Assembly: GCA_038087875.1 (NCBI GenBank) | Contig: CM075990.1 | Span: 4,962,001 to 5,026,000 of the forward strand | Length of the DNA stretch: 64,000 nucleotides | Direction: 5' to 3' | Source of the DNA: Malacoraja senta | Taxonomy: Eukaryota | In this document: piece after piece, positions 13,599 to 26,189 of the stretch | Layout of the letters: each line of letters opens with the position of its first letter | Position numbering within the stretch: the first letter of the stretch is position 1 | Program-made: the position numbers and the translations under genes | The notes under the pieces: generated by a model | Told to the model about the DNA's origin: nothing | The model's input: the letters and a program-made list of their open reading frames with translations, nothing else | Database searches by the model: none

Positions 13599-15449
13599 CT
13601 GGAAAACACAATTTATTATTGTTTTTAAATACCTCATGTGCAGGTTTGCTGGTATGAAGGTGTCAGAAGTTATTGGGGGGGAGGGGGGGAGGCAGGAGAA
13701 TGGGGTTAGGAGGGAGAGATAAATCAGCCATGATTGAATGGAGGAGTAGACTTGATGGGCTGAACGGCCTAATTCTAATCCTATATGAACTAAACTTGAG
13801 AAAAATGACATATAACATGTTCCATATTCACTGAAGTAACTTTGAAGTGCAAACATTGTTATAATCCACGGATATATGACATTTTAAAGTGTATTTACAA
13901 ACTGATCATATTGAATGTAAAACACATCATTTTATATGTTAAAATACTGAATAAATACCATAGGAGATTTTTTGTACTTTAGTTTATGCTGTCAACAGGA
14001 ACAGAGTATGAAGGATTTATATTTCTAATTCTTGCCATTAAACAGTTATGCAATAAAATATTTCTGGAGAGGCTGTAACCTGAAATACAGGAAGCAAGTT
14101 TGCCTGGCCTAAGAGCACATTCCAGTAGGTTATTGATTAACTCTCAATATTATTCAGATCTTCCTACCCTAGCAAACTGCTGCAACAGCATCATCTTATC
14201 AGCTACAGTCAGCACAAGCTTGAAAGGTTCTGTCACTGTGAGCCTTAAGAATACTTTTATTCATAGAATGTGGACATTGTTGACAAGGCCAGCAATTATT
14301 CCGCATTCCCATTGACCTCAGGCAGGTGCTGACGCGCTGCTTTCTCAAACCAATGCAGCTTGCGTGTTAAAGGTACCCCGTTAGCGCAGTTGGAAAGTAC
14401 TTTCAGGATTTTAACCCTGGGAAATGAATGAGCACCAAAATTATTCAAAGTCTACACAGTGCACCACTGGGAGCAAATTTGTGGGTGGTTTGCCGTTTCT
14501 CGTGCCTCCTGCCATCTTCAGTGGTGGCAGACACAGGTTCGGGAGGTGCAGTTGGAGAAATGATACCGTTCTCACAGTGCATTTTGTAGGTTTGCATTTT
14601 ATAGACTGACAGCTTGGCTGGGAAGGGGATCCACTGTCACCACTACAATTATTCCACTCTTTGAAATCTTTCTTCCAAATCTCAATCTATATCTATCAAG
14701 ATTTCTATATTCTGCTCTACCTGTTGTATTTGTGTCTTGTTTGATTGTACTCGTGTTTTGGACGATTCGACTGGATAGCTTGCACAGTATTTCACTGTAT
14801 CTCGGTACAGGTGGCAATAATAAGCCAATACAAATACTCAGGTGGTGAATACTGCCGCCTTAGGCCACTGGCGATGGTGAGAGTGAATGATTGGGATGGT
14901 GAGTGGATGCCAACTAAGTACGTTTAGAACTGGATGGTGTTGAGGGCAATTGGAACTGCATTCAGCCAGGCAAGTTGCAAATGTTTGATCACATTGCTGA
15001 CACTTGTAAACAAGAAAATGGCTCTGGGGACCCCAGAGGCAAGACACGTCACATAACGCTCAGCTTCTCACCTGCTTTATTACTTGCCATGCTTACATGT
15101 GAAATTTCTGCAGTTAAGGCGAGATGTTGATCGTGGTGAACATTGACAATGATAATGTTCTGATTCTCAAGAGGAGACCATGGGATTCTCTCTTAGACCT
15201 TAATCATTGCCTGGCACTTGTGGTATGAAGGCTATTTGCCACGTCAGCCCAAGTTTAAATATTCTGCTGGTTTTGATGGATCAGTGTAGAGATATGTTTA
15301 TTTCAGTGAAGCTATCAAGCAGCATCTGTGCAGGGTAATGGACAGACAACTTTTCAGGTTGAAACTCTTCCTCAGACTGATGAAGCAGTGTTTTCCTCAG
15401 ATGCTGCCTGATATGTAGTTTGTCTTTTTAGATCAAGATCACATTGAAA

Positions 15450-15822
15450 GTTACCGAATAATGAAAGACCTAGATAGTATATGTGAAGATGTTGATTCCA
15501 GTAGTGGGAGAGTCTAGGACCAGAGGGCTCAGCCTCAGAATAAAAGATCACACCTTTAGAATGGAGGCAAGAAGGAATTTCTTTAACCAGAGGGTGGTGA
15601 ATCTGTGAAATGCATTAGCACAAACAACTGCAGAGGCCAAGTCATTGGCTACTTTTAAAGCGGAGATTTATAGTTTCTTGATGAGTGAGAGTGTCAAAGA
15701 TTCTGGGGAGAAGGCAAGAGAATGGGATTGAGAGGGAAAAAATAGATCAGCCAGTATCAAATGGTGGAACAGACTGGTTGGGCCAAATGTCCATATTTTG
15801 CTCCTATGTCTTATAAACCTAT
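15450..15822 (+). mobile_element. Degenerate CR1-type LINE 3' fragment
   Basis: gagtctaggaccagaggg...ccagagggtggtgaatctgtg and the CR1 3' UTR. Confidence 0.75.
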
Positions 15823-16665
15823 GAAGATTTTTAATCCAGTTTCTGAGTCACTGTAAGAAAATCAATTGCTTTTGTATCCTTACCACATGACATACTACAT
15901 CCATCCAATGCTATTGGATGAGCCCAAGTTGCAATTTCTAAAATAAATTCAAGTTTTAATTTCAAATTTTAATTCAAGTAAATAATGTATATTTTAAACC
16001 TTCTTGATTAACTTAGAAGTGTTACAGTACAACCGTGTGTCTTGGGCACCTGAATTAATCTTGGCAGTGTGGATGAGAAGCCCTCATGAACAACAGGTCG
16101 TGTGGGAAGAAACTGGAGATGCTGGTTTAAATCAAAGTTAGACACAAAAAGCTGGAGTATCTCAGCGGGACAGGCAGCATCTCTGGAGAGAAGGAATGGG
16201 ACATCACCCATTCCTTCTCTCCAGAGATGCTGCCTGCCCCGCTGAGTTACTCCAGCTTTTTGTGTCTATCTTCTGAACAGGTCTCCTTCCCTGAGGGACA
16301 TTAGTAAACCAGTTCAGTTTTTGTGATAATTTGACGGCAGTTACATGGCCACTTTATATGGGCACCATTTACACATTATTTTAACCGATCATAATTTGTG
16401 GGATGGTGGGATTTGGGATTCATTCTGTGACTTTTACCTGTAAATCATTAATCATTAATCCAATTAAAAAAATGTCCTGCTCAGTACTCTGACGACTAGA
16501 CATGTTACAGACCTTCAATGGTTTGAGATAGACATAAGAAGATAAATAAATATTTGACAATAGACAATAGGTGCAGGAGTAGGCCATTCGGCCTTTCGAG
16601 CCAGCACCACCATTCAATGTGATCATGGCTGATCATCCCCAATCAGTACCCCGTTCCTGCTTTCG

Positions 16666-16940
16666 CAGTCTGCACCCTAGCGACATAAACATTGAATTCT
16701 CCAATTTCCGGTAGCCCTTGCTGTCTCCTCCCCTTCTCAGCTCTCCCTCAGCCCTCGGGCTCCTCCTCTTCCTTTCTCCTTTCTTCTCCCACCCCCCGCC
16801 ATCCCACATCAGTCTGAGGAAGGGTTTTGGCCCGAAACGTTGCCTATTTCCTTCGCTCCATAGATGCTGCTGCACCCGCTGAGTTTCTCCAGCACTTTTG
16901 TCTACCTTCGATTTTCCAGCATCTGCAGTTCCTTCTTAAA
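16666..16940 (+). mobile_element. Penelope-like 3' fragment nested in a CR1 tail
   Basis: SLHPSDINIEFSNFR* (end of the same endonuclease ORF), then a pyrimidine tract and the hammerhead-like motif at 16814-16841; interrupts a CR1 3' end (about 16555-16980, -). Confidence 0.8.
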
Positions 16941-17345
16941 AACTTCTTCCCATATCCCCTGACTCCGCAATCTTTAAGAGAGCGTTATCTATTGTATAAA
17001 TTGTAAAAAAATTGTCCCTAATGCGTAGGATAGCGTGTAAGATATTGCTAGTGCATGGGGATCATTGTTTGGCGTGTATTCGGTGGACTGAATTTCCTGT
17101 TTCCACGCTGAATCTGTAAACTGAACTTAAGAAAGAAATTGCCATGGTTGGATTTGGGATTCCACGTTGTGACACAAATTATTTGATTCCAATTTAGCAC
17201 AAGTTATTTTTTTAATTGATCCAATTTTCAAATTTCCAGCTCTGTACTCTGACGACTATACGAAGCATATTACAGACCCTCAACAGGTTGAGTTGGACAT
17301 AATAAACCTTAGAAATATTTGAGAACATCAATCTTTGGTCTTTAC

Positions 17346-17848
17346 CTTATAGATTCGTTCCTGAGACGCAGGCAGCCGGTCAAGTCCAGGTGTTCGAGCT
17401 CAGTGCACAGTTTTGCCACTTCCTGCACCGATCCATCACTGATGTTTGCATTGACGGCCAGAGACAGTGAGCGGATCTTTGGACATTTACGCACCAGGTA
17501 GCAGACAGCCTCGTCGTTCAGCTGCTTGCAGGCGGTGAGGTCAATGGACACCAGACGGCCGCAGCGATCGGCCAGGCTGCGTAGGGAGAGGGAGTCCACC
17601 CATTCGCACTGCCTTAGGGAGAGCTGCTGCAGGTTGGGGCAACTGAGAGACAAGGCCACCAGCGTCCGCCTACTCAGCCCACGACATCCCGTCACGTCAA
17701 CCTTCTCCAAGTGGTGGTTCTGGCCGATCACCGGCAGGAGCTCGAGGTCCGTTAGCCAGTCGGAGCAGCTGTGCACAACCAGGTGGTGCAGCACAGAGTT
17801 GTCTTTCAGTATTCTGCAGAATGCACTTTGAGGAATGGCAGCCCCAAG
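17346..17848 (-). CDS. FBXL15: FBXL15 exon 3 (leucine-rich repeats)
   Basis: 503 nt, LGAAIPQSAF...DLTACKQLNDEAVCYL...LSLAVNANISD...LDLTGCLRLRNESI(R); cysteine-containing LRRs matching FBXL15; AG/GT boundaries. Confidence 0.97.
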
Positions 17849-18432
17849 CTGAACGCAAGCAGAGAGAAACAGTTCGTGAGTACAGTGTAGGAAGGAACTG
17901 CAGATAGACATAAAATGCTGGAGTAACTCGGCAGGTCAGGCGGCATCTCTGGAGAAAAGGAATAGGTGACGTTTCGGGTCGAGACCTTTCACCAAGACCC
18001 ACTTCATCCTCATCCCTGACTCAGTTCTCCCTCCCTCTCTCTCAGTCGCTTTGTTCTGTACCTTAGTTTCACCCTCCCCAACTCTTAGTCTGATGGTGGA
18101 TCTCGACCAGAAATGTCACCTACTCCTTTTCTCCAGAGATGCTGCCTGACCCGCTCAGTTACTCCAGCATTTTGTATCAGTTGTGAGCACAGTTTTTTTC
18201 ACCCCAATATTATTTTACTTCCCTCTCTCCCTCCCCATGCTCATTCCAGGCTGGCCCCAGCTCCCCCTTCAATCACAGGTGTCCCAGATGGTTTAACAGC
18301 CAAACATTGCCACAAGGAATTTCATCTTTCAGAGTATTATTCTATTTACTCTTTCTGTTTTCCCCTTAAATGGCTAAAAATAGTCCCTGCTAAAAATACT
18401 CACTGGTTAAAAAGCGCATAACCAATGGTTAA

Positions 18433-18805
18433 GGTGCAGGAAGGAACTGCAGATGCTGGTTTAAAAATACACCGAAGATAGACACAAAATGCTGGAGTAA
18501 CTCGGCGGGACAGGCAGCATCTCTGGAGAGAAGGAATGAGTGACATTTCGGGTCAAGACTATTCATCAGGCAGAGTGTTTAAGAAAAAATGGCAGATGCT
18601 GGAAATATCGAAGGTAGACAAAAATGCTGGAGAAACTCAGCGGGTGAGGCAGCATCTATGGAGCGAAGGAATAGGTGACATTTCGGGTCGAGACCCTTCT
18701 TCAGACTGATGGGGGGGGGGGGTGGGAAGAAGAAAGGAAGAGGCGGAGGCAGTGGGCTGTGGGAGAGTTGGGAAGGGGAGGGGAAGGAGGTAGAAAGCAA
18801 GGACA
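18433..18805 (-). mobile_element. Two adjacent Penelope-derived terminal repeats
   Basis: Two copies of ...gcagatgctgg...gctggag(t/a)aactc(a/g)gcggg...tttcgggtc; the second continues into the purine tract also seen at 46990-47075. Confidence 0.75.
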
Positions 18806-19203
18806 GAGAGGGAGAAACTAGAGGTATGAGAAGGATCAGAACAAAGCAAGTCTCTCCAGTGATGCTGCCATAAAGTTATAGTGTTGGGGGCAAAGCTGCC
18901 ACCACAGAAAGTCATAGGTGGGCAGCCTTTTTATGTATACCTGCCATTTCTTGACATTTTTGATAATTATGCAAACTTGAGATGGAGTGTGGATTTGATG
19001 AGTCTGCAATCACTCAGTGCATGCCAGCTTGTACAATCCTATCTATTCTTCCTGTATTGTTATTTCTATTCATTCTTCTCCTCCCAATTCTGCACTCCAA
19101 CTCTGCTATATGCATGAAACTAAACGAAACATTCAGTGCCTCACAGACAGTGAAGGATTCCCGGGGTGGTAAAGGGGGCGCAGTGCCCTTGGCTGCACGT
19201 TAC

Positions 19204-19363
19204 CTGGGAGGTGTCCAGACTGTGACAGTTTGTCAGGTAGACCTGAATCAGGTTGCGGAACTGCTTGCTAACACGCTGCAAGGAGACCAGTTGGCACAGT
19301 GGGAGGTGGCAGAGAACATGAGGAACCAGGACATCCTCCCAGGGTAACTCCAGGAGCTGGCAC
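19204..19363 (-). CDS. FBXL15: FBXL15 exon 2 (F-box)
   Basis: (R)CQLLELPWEDVLVPHVLCHLPLCQLVSLQRVSKQFRNLIQVYLTNCHSLDTSQ vs human FLDLPWEDVLLPHVL...LQRVSRAFR; CAGTAG acceptor and GT donor. Confidence 0.95.
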
Positions 19364-20584
19364 CTACTGTTAAGAGAAATTAATTCTAGTCAGGAGAAAA
19401 TCACATTTAGCCCTGGCTTCCCGCCTGTAATCCAATCAAGAAAGAACTCGCAGTTATACGCAGTGCAATGGATGTCATAGAACAAATGAGAGGTATATCG
19501 AAACAAATCCATTGTTCACTCTGACTATCAAACACACATTTTAAAATAACTTCCCCTAACTCATTTATCCTGTCAAGTAGAAAAGTGTAAAGAATGAATT
19601 ATAAATCAGTATTTTTACATTAAGAAACAATGTAAAAGAGAAATCACCTTTGAATCCCACTGTCCTTAGCCAACAATGCCTGAACCACCCTGCCTGAGGT
19701 CATCCATTGCCGGCCCTGGTTTTTCTTGCTTCCAGTATCTCCACCCCACCACCTCACATGGGACCGCAGCTACTTACAATATACATGAATGGTTTAGATG
19801 AAGGAATTAAAAGTAACGTTAGCAAATTTGCAGATCACACAAAGCTGGGTGACAGTGTGAACTGTGAAGGGGATGCTATGAGGATGCAGAGTGACTTGGA
19901 CAGGTTGGGTGAGTCGGCAGATGTTGTATAATGTGGATAAATGTGAGGTTACCCACTTTGGAGGCAAGAACGAGAAGGCAGATTATTATCTGAATGGTGT
20001 CAGGTTAGGGAAAGGGGAAGTACAACGGGATCTGGGGGTCCTTGTACATCAGTCACTGAAAGTAAGCATACAGGTACAACAGGCAGTGAAGAAAGCTAAT
20101 GGCATGTTGGGCTTCATAACGAGAGGAGTTGAGTACAAGAGCAAAGAGGTCCTTCTGCAGTTGTACAGCGCCCTGGTGAGACCACACCTGAGTATTGTGT
20201 GCAGTGTTGGTCTCCTAATTTGAGGAAGGACATTCATGCTATTGAGGGAGTGCAGCGTAGGTTCACAAGGTTAATTCCCGGGATGACGGGACTATCATAT
20301 GATGAAAGAATGGAGTGAATGGGCATGTATTCACTGGAATTTAGGATGAGGGGATCTTATAGAAACATATAAAATCATTAAGGGATTAGACACGCTAGAT
20401 GCAGGAAACATGTTCCCGATGTTGGGGGAGTCCAGAACCAGGGGCCACAGTTTAAGAATATGGGGTTGGCCATTTAGAACTGAGATGAGGAAAACCTTTT
20501 TCACACAGAGAGTTGTGAATTTGTGGAATTCTCTGCCTCAGAAGGCAGTGGAGGCCGATTCACTGGATGCATTCAAAAGAGTTA

Positions 20585-22166
20585 CAGTGCATTTAGAAAG
20601 TATTCAGACCCCTTCACTTTTTCCACATTTTGTTACGTTACAGCCTTATACTAAAATGGATTAAATTCATCAATCTACACACAATACCCCATAATAAAAA
20701 AGCGAAAACAGGTGTCCATAAATGTTTGCAAAGTAATTAAAAAGAAATGACTGAAATATCACATTTACATAAGTATTCAGACGCTTTACCCAGTACTTTG
20801 TTGAGGCACCTTTGGCAGCGATTACAGCCTCAAGTCGTCTTGGGTATGATGCTACAAGCTTAGCACCTGTATTTGGATAATTTCTGCAGCTCTGTCAAGT
20901 TCTGTCAGGTTGGATGGGGAGCGTCGATGCACAGCTATTTTCAGGTCCCTCCAGAGATGTTCGATCGGGTTCAAGTCCAGGCTTTGGCTGGGCCACTCAA
21001 GGACATTCACAGACTTGTCACAAAGCCACTCCTGCGTTGTCTTGGTTGTGTGCTTAGGGTCGATCCTGTTGGAAGGTGAACCTCCGCCCCAGTCTGAGGT
21101 CCAGAACGCTCTGGAGCAGGTTTTCATCAAGGATCTCTCTGTACTTTTCTCCGTTCATCTTTCCCGCGATCCTGACTAGTCTCCCAGTTCCTGTTGCTGA
21201 AAAACATCCCCACAGCATGATGCTGCCATCACCATGCTTCACCGTAGGTATGGTATTGGCCAGGTGATGAGCGGTGCCTGGTTTCCTCCAGACGTGACGC
21301 TTGGCATTCAGGCCAAAGAGTTCAATCTTGGTTTCATCAGACCAGAGAATCTTGTTTCCCATGGTCTGAGAGTCCTTTAGGTGCCTTTTGGCAAATTCCA
21401 AGTGGGCTGTCATGTGCCTTTTACTGAGGAGTGGCTTCCGTCTGGCCACTCTACCTTAAAGGCTTGATTGGTGGAGTACTGCAGATATAGTTGTCCTTCT
21501 GGAAGGTTCTTCCATCGCCACAGAAGAACTCTGGAGCTCTGTCAGGTTCATCGGATTCTTGGTCACCTCCCTGACCAAGGCCCTTCTCCCCGATTGCTCA
21601 GTTTGGCCGGGCGGCCAGCTCTATGAAGAGTCCTGGTGGTTCCAAAGTTCTTCCATTTAAAAATGACAGAGGCCACTATGCTCTTCGGGACCTGCAATGC
21701 TGCAGAAATTGTTTTATACCCTTCCCCAGATCTGTGTCTCGACACAATCCTGTCTTGGAGGTCTACGGACATTCCTTCGTCTTCATGGCTTGGTTTTTGC
21801 TCTGACGCACTATCAACTGTGGGACCTTATATAGACAGGTGTGTGCCTTTCCATATCATGTATAATTAATTTAATTTACCACTTGTGGACTCCAATCAAG
21901 TTGTAGAAACATCTCATGGATAATCAATGGAAAAAGAAAGACATAAGCTTAATTCTGAGTCATAGCAAAGGGTCTGAATACGTAAATGTGATACTTCAGT
22001 TATTTCTTTGCAAAAATGTCTAAACACCTGTTTTCGCTTCTTCATTCTGGGGTATTGTGTGTAGATTGATGATAAAATAAATGAATTTAATCCATTTTAA
22101 AATAAGGCTGTAATGTAACAAAATGTGGACAAAGTGAAGGGGTGTGAATACATTCTGAATGCACTG
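20585..22166 (-). mobile_element. Tc1-like DNA transposon with long IR/DR-type terminal repeats, decayed
   Basis: TA-CAGTGCATT...AATGCACTG-TA; about 200-bp TIRs containing the internal repeat aagtattcagac; TA duplication inside a CR1 copy. Confidence 0.95.
20787..21786 (-). pseudogene. Tc1 transposase pseudogene
   Basis: Frameshifted fragments: ...RHRSGEGYKTIS..., [11 protein letters not shown]...[13 protein letters not shown]...[17 protein letters not shown]..., [17 protein letters not shown]. Confidence 0.92.
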
Positions 22167-22309
22167 TAGATGGAGCTCTTAGGGCTAGTGGAATCAAGGG
22201 GTATGGGGAGAAGGCAGGAACGGGGTACTGATTGTGGATGATCAGCCTTGATCACATTGAATGGCAATAATTAATAAATAATCTTTCTGCAAATTTTGAT
22301 ATCATATTA

Positions 22310-24799
22310 CAGGGCTCTCGCTTAACTTTTTTTCCCTGTTGCCAACCGGGCAACCTTGGCAGCTTTTTAGGTTGCCAAATGACAGTTTAGGTGGTCATTT
22401 AAGATGGCTTGCATGACGCGTGCGATAATGTGCTCGGACGAAGTGCGTAGTTACCAGTCGGAATTATACTCAATGAAGCATTCACATATTATTTCTGCCT
22501 CAAAAAAAGTCACAAACTAAACATATTAACTATCAATCAAGACATGATATATCCCACAATGACATGCAGCAAAATTATAAGACAGTATCTCAACTCTTTT
22601 TACACATTGCAATTAATGCAATTTCTATTAGTTCTTTCCACTTCCACTTCCAAACAAAAATGTGTTTGGATTATTCCAGCGTATGATCAACCTGTGTCAA
22701 TAAATCCTGGACCATGGTAACATATATGCGTACGTATAGTTGTGAATGTTGCTCATTAAATAACTACAGTACTGATATTCCATATTAAGAGCATTGATTT
22801 GCCTTTAAAATGAATTCTGTAATAACGTGTTAACGGCAGCAGTGACAATCGAACACTGCGGTTTTAATGTTTCACGTGTTCACAATTTAATTAATCCATC
22901 TTTATGGATTAAAACAATTAATAACATTGGGAATTAAAACACATTTGATTGCATTCCGTTATCAAACATAGTCAATGTTCGCTCTGAAGACATTTCCAGC
23001 ACAATAGGGTCAGGGAGGGGGGTGTGTGTGAATCAGTGCGGGGTGGATAGATGGCGGGGGTGGGGGGGGGGGGGAGTTAGAAGGCAGTCGGTGCAGAATG
23101 GATGGATTGAGGCAGGTGAATTAGTACGTGTTGGTTGGAGTAGGTAAAATTGTGAGGGGAGAGCACCGGGGATGTCAGTGGTGTTGAATGGGGGGGTTCA
23201 GTACAGGATGGTTGGGGGTAAACAAAAGTGCTGGAGAAACTCAGCGGGTGAGGCAGCATCTATGGAGCAAAGGAAATAGGCAACGTTTCGGGTCGAGACC
23301 CTTCTTCAGACTGTTCCCCCCATTCTTCTTGAATGGGAGGATCAGTACAGGATGGATGGGGAGGGGAGATCAGCGCAGGATGAATGGGGGGGGGTCAGTA
23401 CTGTGTGGATCAGAGGGTCTGTGCAGGATGAATGGGGGATCACTACAGGATGAATGAGGGGAAGGGGGTAAGGTGCAGGGTAATGGTGGCCGATTAGGAA
23501 AAGGGGAGATGCAACGAGACCTGGGTGTGATGGTACACCAGTCATTGAAAGTACACATGCAGGTGCAGCAGGCAGTGAAGAAAACGAATGGTATGTTAGC
23601 ATTCATAGCAAAAGGATTTGAGTATAGGAGCAGGGAGGTTCTACTGCAGTTGTACAGGGTATTGCGTACAGTTTTGGTCTCCAAATCTGAGGAAGGACAT
23701 TATTGCCATAGAGGGAGTGCAGAGAAGGTTCACCAGACTGATTCCTGGGATGTCAGGACTTTCATATGAAGAAAGACTGGATAGACTCGGCTTGTACTCG
23801 CTAGAATTTAGGAGATTGAGGGGGGATCTTATAGAAACTTACAAAATTCTTAAGGGGTTGGACAGGTTAGATGCAGGAAGATTGTTCCCGATGTTGGGGA
23901 AGTCCAGGACAAGGGGTCACAGCTTAAGGATAGAGGGGAAATCCTTTAGGACCGAGATGAGAAAAACTTTTTCTCTGGAACTCTCTGCCACAGAAGGTAG
24001 TTGAGGCCAGTTCATTGGCTATATTTAAGAGGGAGTTAGATGTGGCCCTTGTGGCTAAAGGGATCAGGGGGTATGGAGAGAAGGCAGGTACGGGATACTG
24101 AGTTGGATGATCAGCCATGATCATATTGAATGGCGGTGCAGGCTCGAAGGGCCGAATGGCCTACTCCTGCACCTATTTTCTATGTCTATGTCTATGTAAA
24201 TGGAGGGTGGGTCAGTATGGGATGAATGCGTGGATTTTTCAGGATGGATGGGGGATCAGTACAGAATGGATGGAGAAGAGCAGGATGGATGGAAAAGGGG
24301 TAAGTACAGGGTGAATTGGGGAACGAGTGTAGGATGGATGGGGGGGGGTGGCAGGAGAATCAATGCGAGGTGGATAGGGTGATCAGCGCAGGATGAATAG
24401 ATGGGGGGGGGGGTAGATGGGGAGGGGAGCACAGGGGATGTCAGTGAGGACTGAATAGAGGCGGCAATGGGGATCAGTGCGGGCGGGGGGCGGGAGGAGA
24501 TGGAGCCGCTGTCGCGGCCGCTGCTGCCGCTGTTCGGGTCCCGTCATTCGCTCCGACCCTTCCTCACCCCGCATCTAGTATCTTTGCCCCGCAACACAGC
24601 CGCCACCGACACGAATCGTCACGTTCCTTTTCTGCAGAGATGCTGCCTGACCCGCGGAGTTACTCCAGTTTTTTGTGTCTATCTTCGGTACAAACCAGTA
24701 TCTGGTTGCCAAGCCGGGCAAAATGACTCGGTGTTTAGGTTGCCCGGCGGCGCTTTGAGTGGTCAGTGGCACCCGGGCAACGGCTAATTTCGAGCCCTG
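22310..24799. mobile_element. Non-autonomous DNA transposon (hAT-like termini, 5-bp TSD) with nested retroelements
   Basis: Termini CAGGGCTC...GAGCCCTG; TATTA on both sides (22305-22309, 24800-24804); repeated subterminal GGTTGCC/GGCAACC motifs. Confidence 0.7.
23483..24197 (+). mobile_element. CR1-type LINE 3' fragment nested in the hAT-like element
   Basis: QRDLGVMVHQSLK...YEERLDRLGLYSLEFRRLRGDLIETYK with the 3' tail. Confidence 0.9.
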
Positions 24800-25716
24800 T
24801 ATTATACAAGTTCATATTCTAATCAATCTTTTTAAAGTAAACTATAGTAGATGAAAGTGAAGCTGGAAAAGCATATAAATGGTTCAGGGACATATAAATC
24901 AAGTCGATAAGGAGAAACCAGGGAAACAAGTTTTTATGTTGTTGAAGAAGGATAGTTAATAAATTTAATATTAATATTGAGGATTGAAAAGTTATGTTGA
25001 ACTTCACTGAGGAAATAATTCCACTGCCCAGAAATGTGTTATCTGGAGAATACAAACTTAAGATCAAAAGCAACAAACAACAAGATTAGAAAGTAACAAG
25101 AGGGTGAAATCGGACTGGGAGCACGAAAACAGGCCCTGTTGCCTAAGATGGCAATCTATGCTAGTCCCATTGACATATTTTGATCCATATCCTTCGAAAC
25201 CTCTTGAAGTATTCAAATATTTGGAAAGGGTATGGGGAATATGACTGAGACAAATTGCCTGTTTATCTATTGTGATAACTGGAATATTCAGCACCAATGC
25301 AACATTCTCGCTATGAAACAGAGGAATTTCTATTGCAAAATATTCTTTACCTGGCAAAATTAAATTGACAGCACGTGTTTAAACCCATCAGATATACACG
25401 TACATATGAACATCAGATGGGTTTTCTCTGGGAGCTCCAGTTTCCGCCCACACTCCAAAGATTTACAGGTTTGTATAGGAACTACATATGCTGGTTATAC
25501 ACCGAAGATTTGTAGATTAATTGGGTTGGTATAATTGTCCCTGGGGTGTGTGAGTGCGCGTGTAGGATAGTGTTAGCGGTGGGGGGTGGGGGTGAGCGAA
25601 GGGCCTGTTTCCGCGCTGTATCTCTAAAGTTTAGAGCAAACTGACGTGTAAAGTTCCCCCGCTACCACAGAACCCGCTAAATAGCCCGCCGCATGGAACG
25701 CGTTAAGAGCTTGCTG

Positions 25717-25758
25717 CGGGCCGGATGTGGCCTGCGGGCCATAGTTTGGAGACCCATG
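25717..25758. mobile_element. hAT/Charlie-like terminal fragment
   Basis: cgggccggatgtggcctgcgggccatagtttggagacccatg resembles Charlie-type ends. Confidence 0.4.
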
Positions 25759-26189
25759 GATTAGACAATGCAGATTTTTAGTATTTAGAAATTCTAAAAT
25801 GTAGATCAAATAGCAAAAGTCCGATCTGTGAATGTTAATTCATTTTCATGAGGAAAATGCAGAAGTCAGCCCATCTACCGCATTTATTTCTTAGTCACAC
25901 AAAATCATTGTCATATTGTTTCTCCACTGCTTGTGACGGAGCTGCAGAAACAACAGGCCAATTTCATACATTTAATCCTGTCACAGGTACTACACTGATG
26001 CTGTTAGCCTGTCTAAGGTCACCTTGACTTTGAATACTAATCAATTTTTCCAGAAACAATCATAATTGCTGACATGTCTGGCAATGACTGAACATTAGCC
26101 TACAAGAGGGACAAAGGTCACATCATAAGGAAGGTAGGTGGGTTAGATAACATTCCTAGCATAGTACCTGCTGGGAGATTTGGGCGATG

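Larger units (their letters stand above)
19758..22265 (+). mobile_element. CR1-type LINE (RT region to 3' end) split by the Tc1 insertion
   Basis: SKFADHTKLG, VDKCEVTHFG and VQRDLGVLVHQSLK motifs at 19758-20584; continues at 22167-22265. Confidence 0.9.

Noticed and set aside
17849..17911. N-terminal extension MSICSSFLHC... of the 189-aa LRR ORF
   Set aside because: Intronic: it lies upstream of the acceptor at 17849 and partly inside a Penelope-derived repeat
24467..24787. CpG-rich ORF (MEPLSRPLLPLFG...) resembling a first exon
   Set aside because: Lies inside the hAT-like element, runs into a Penelope-derived repeat and has no recognisable protein similarity
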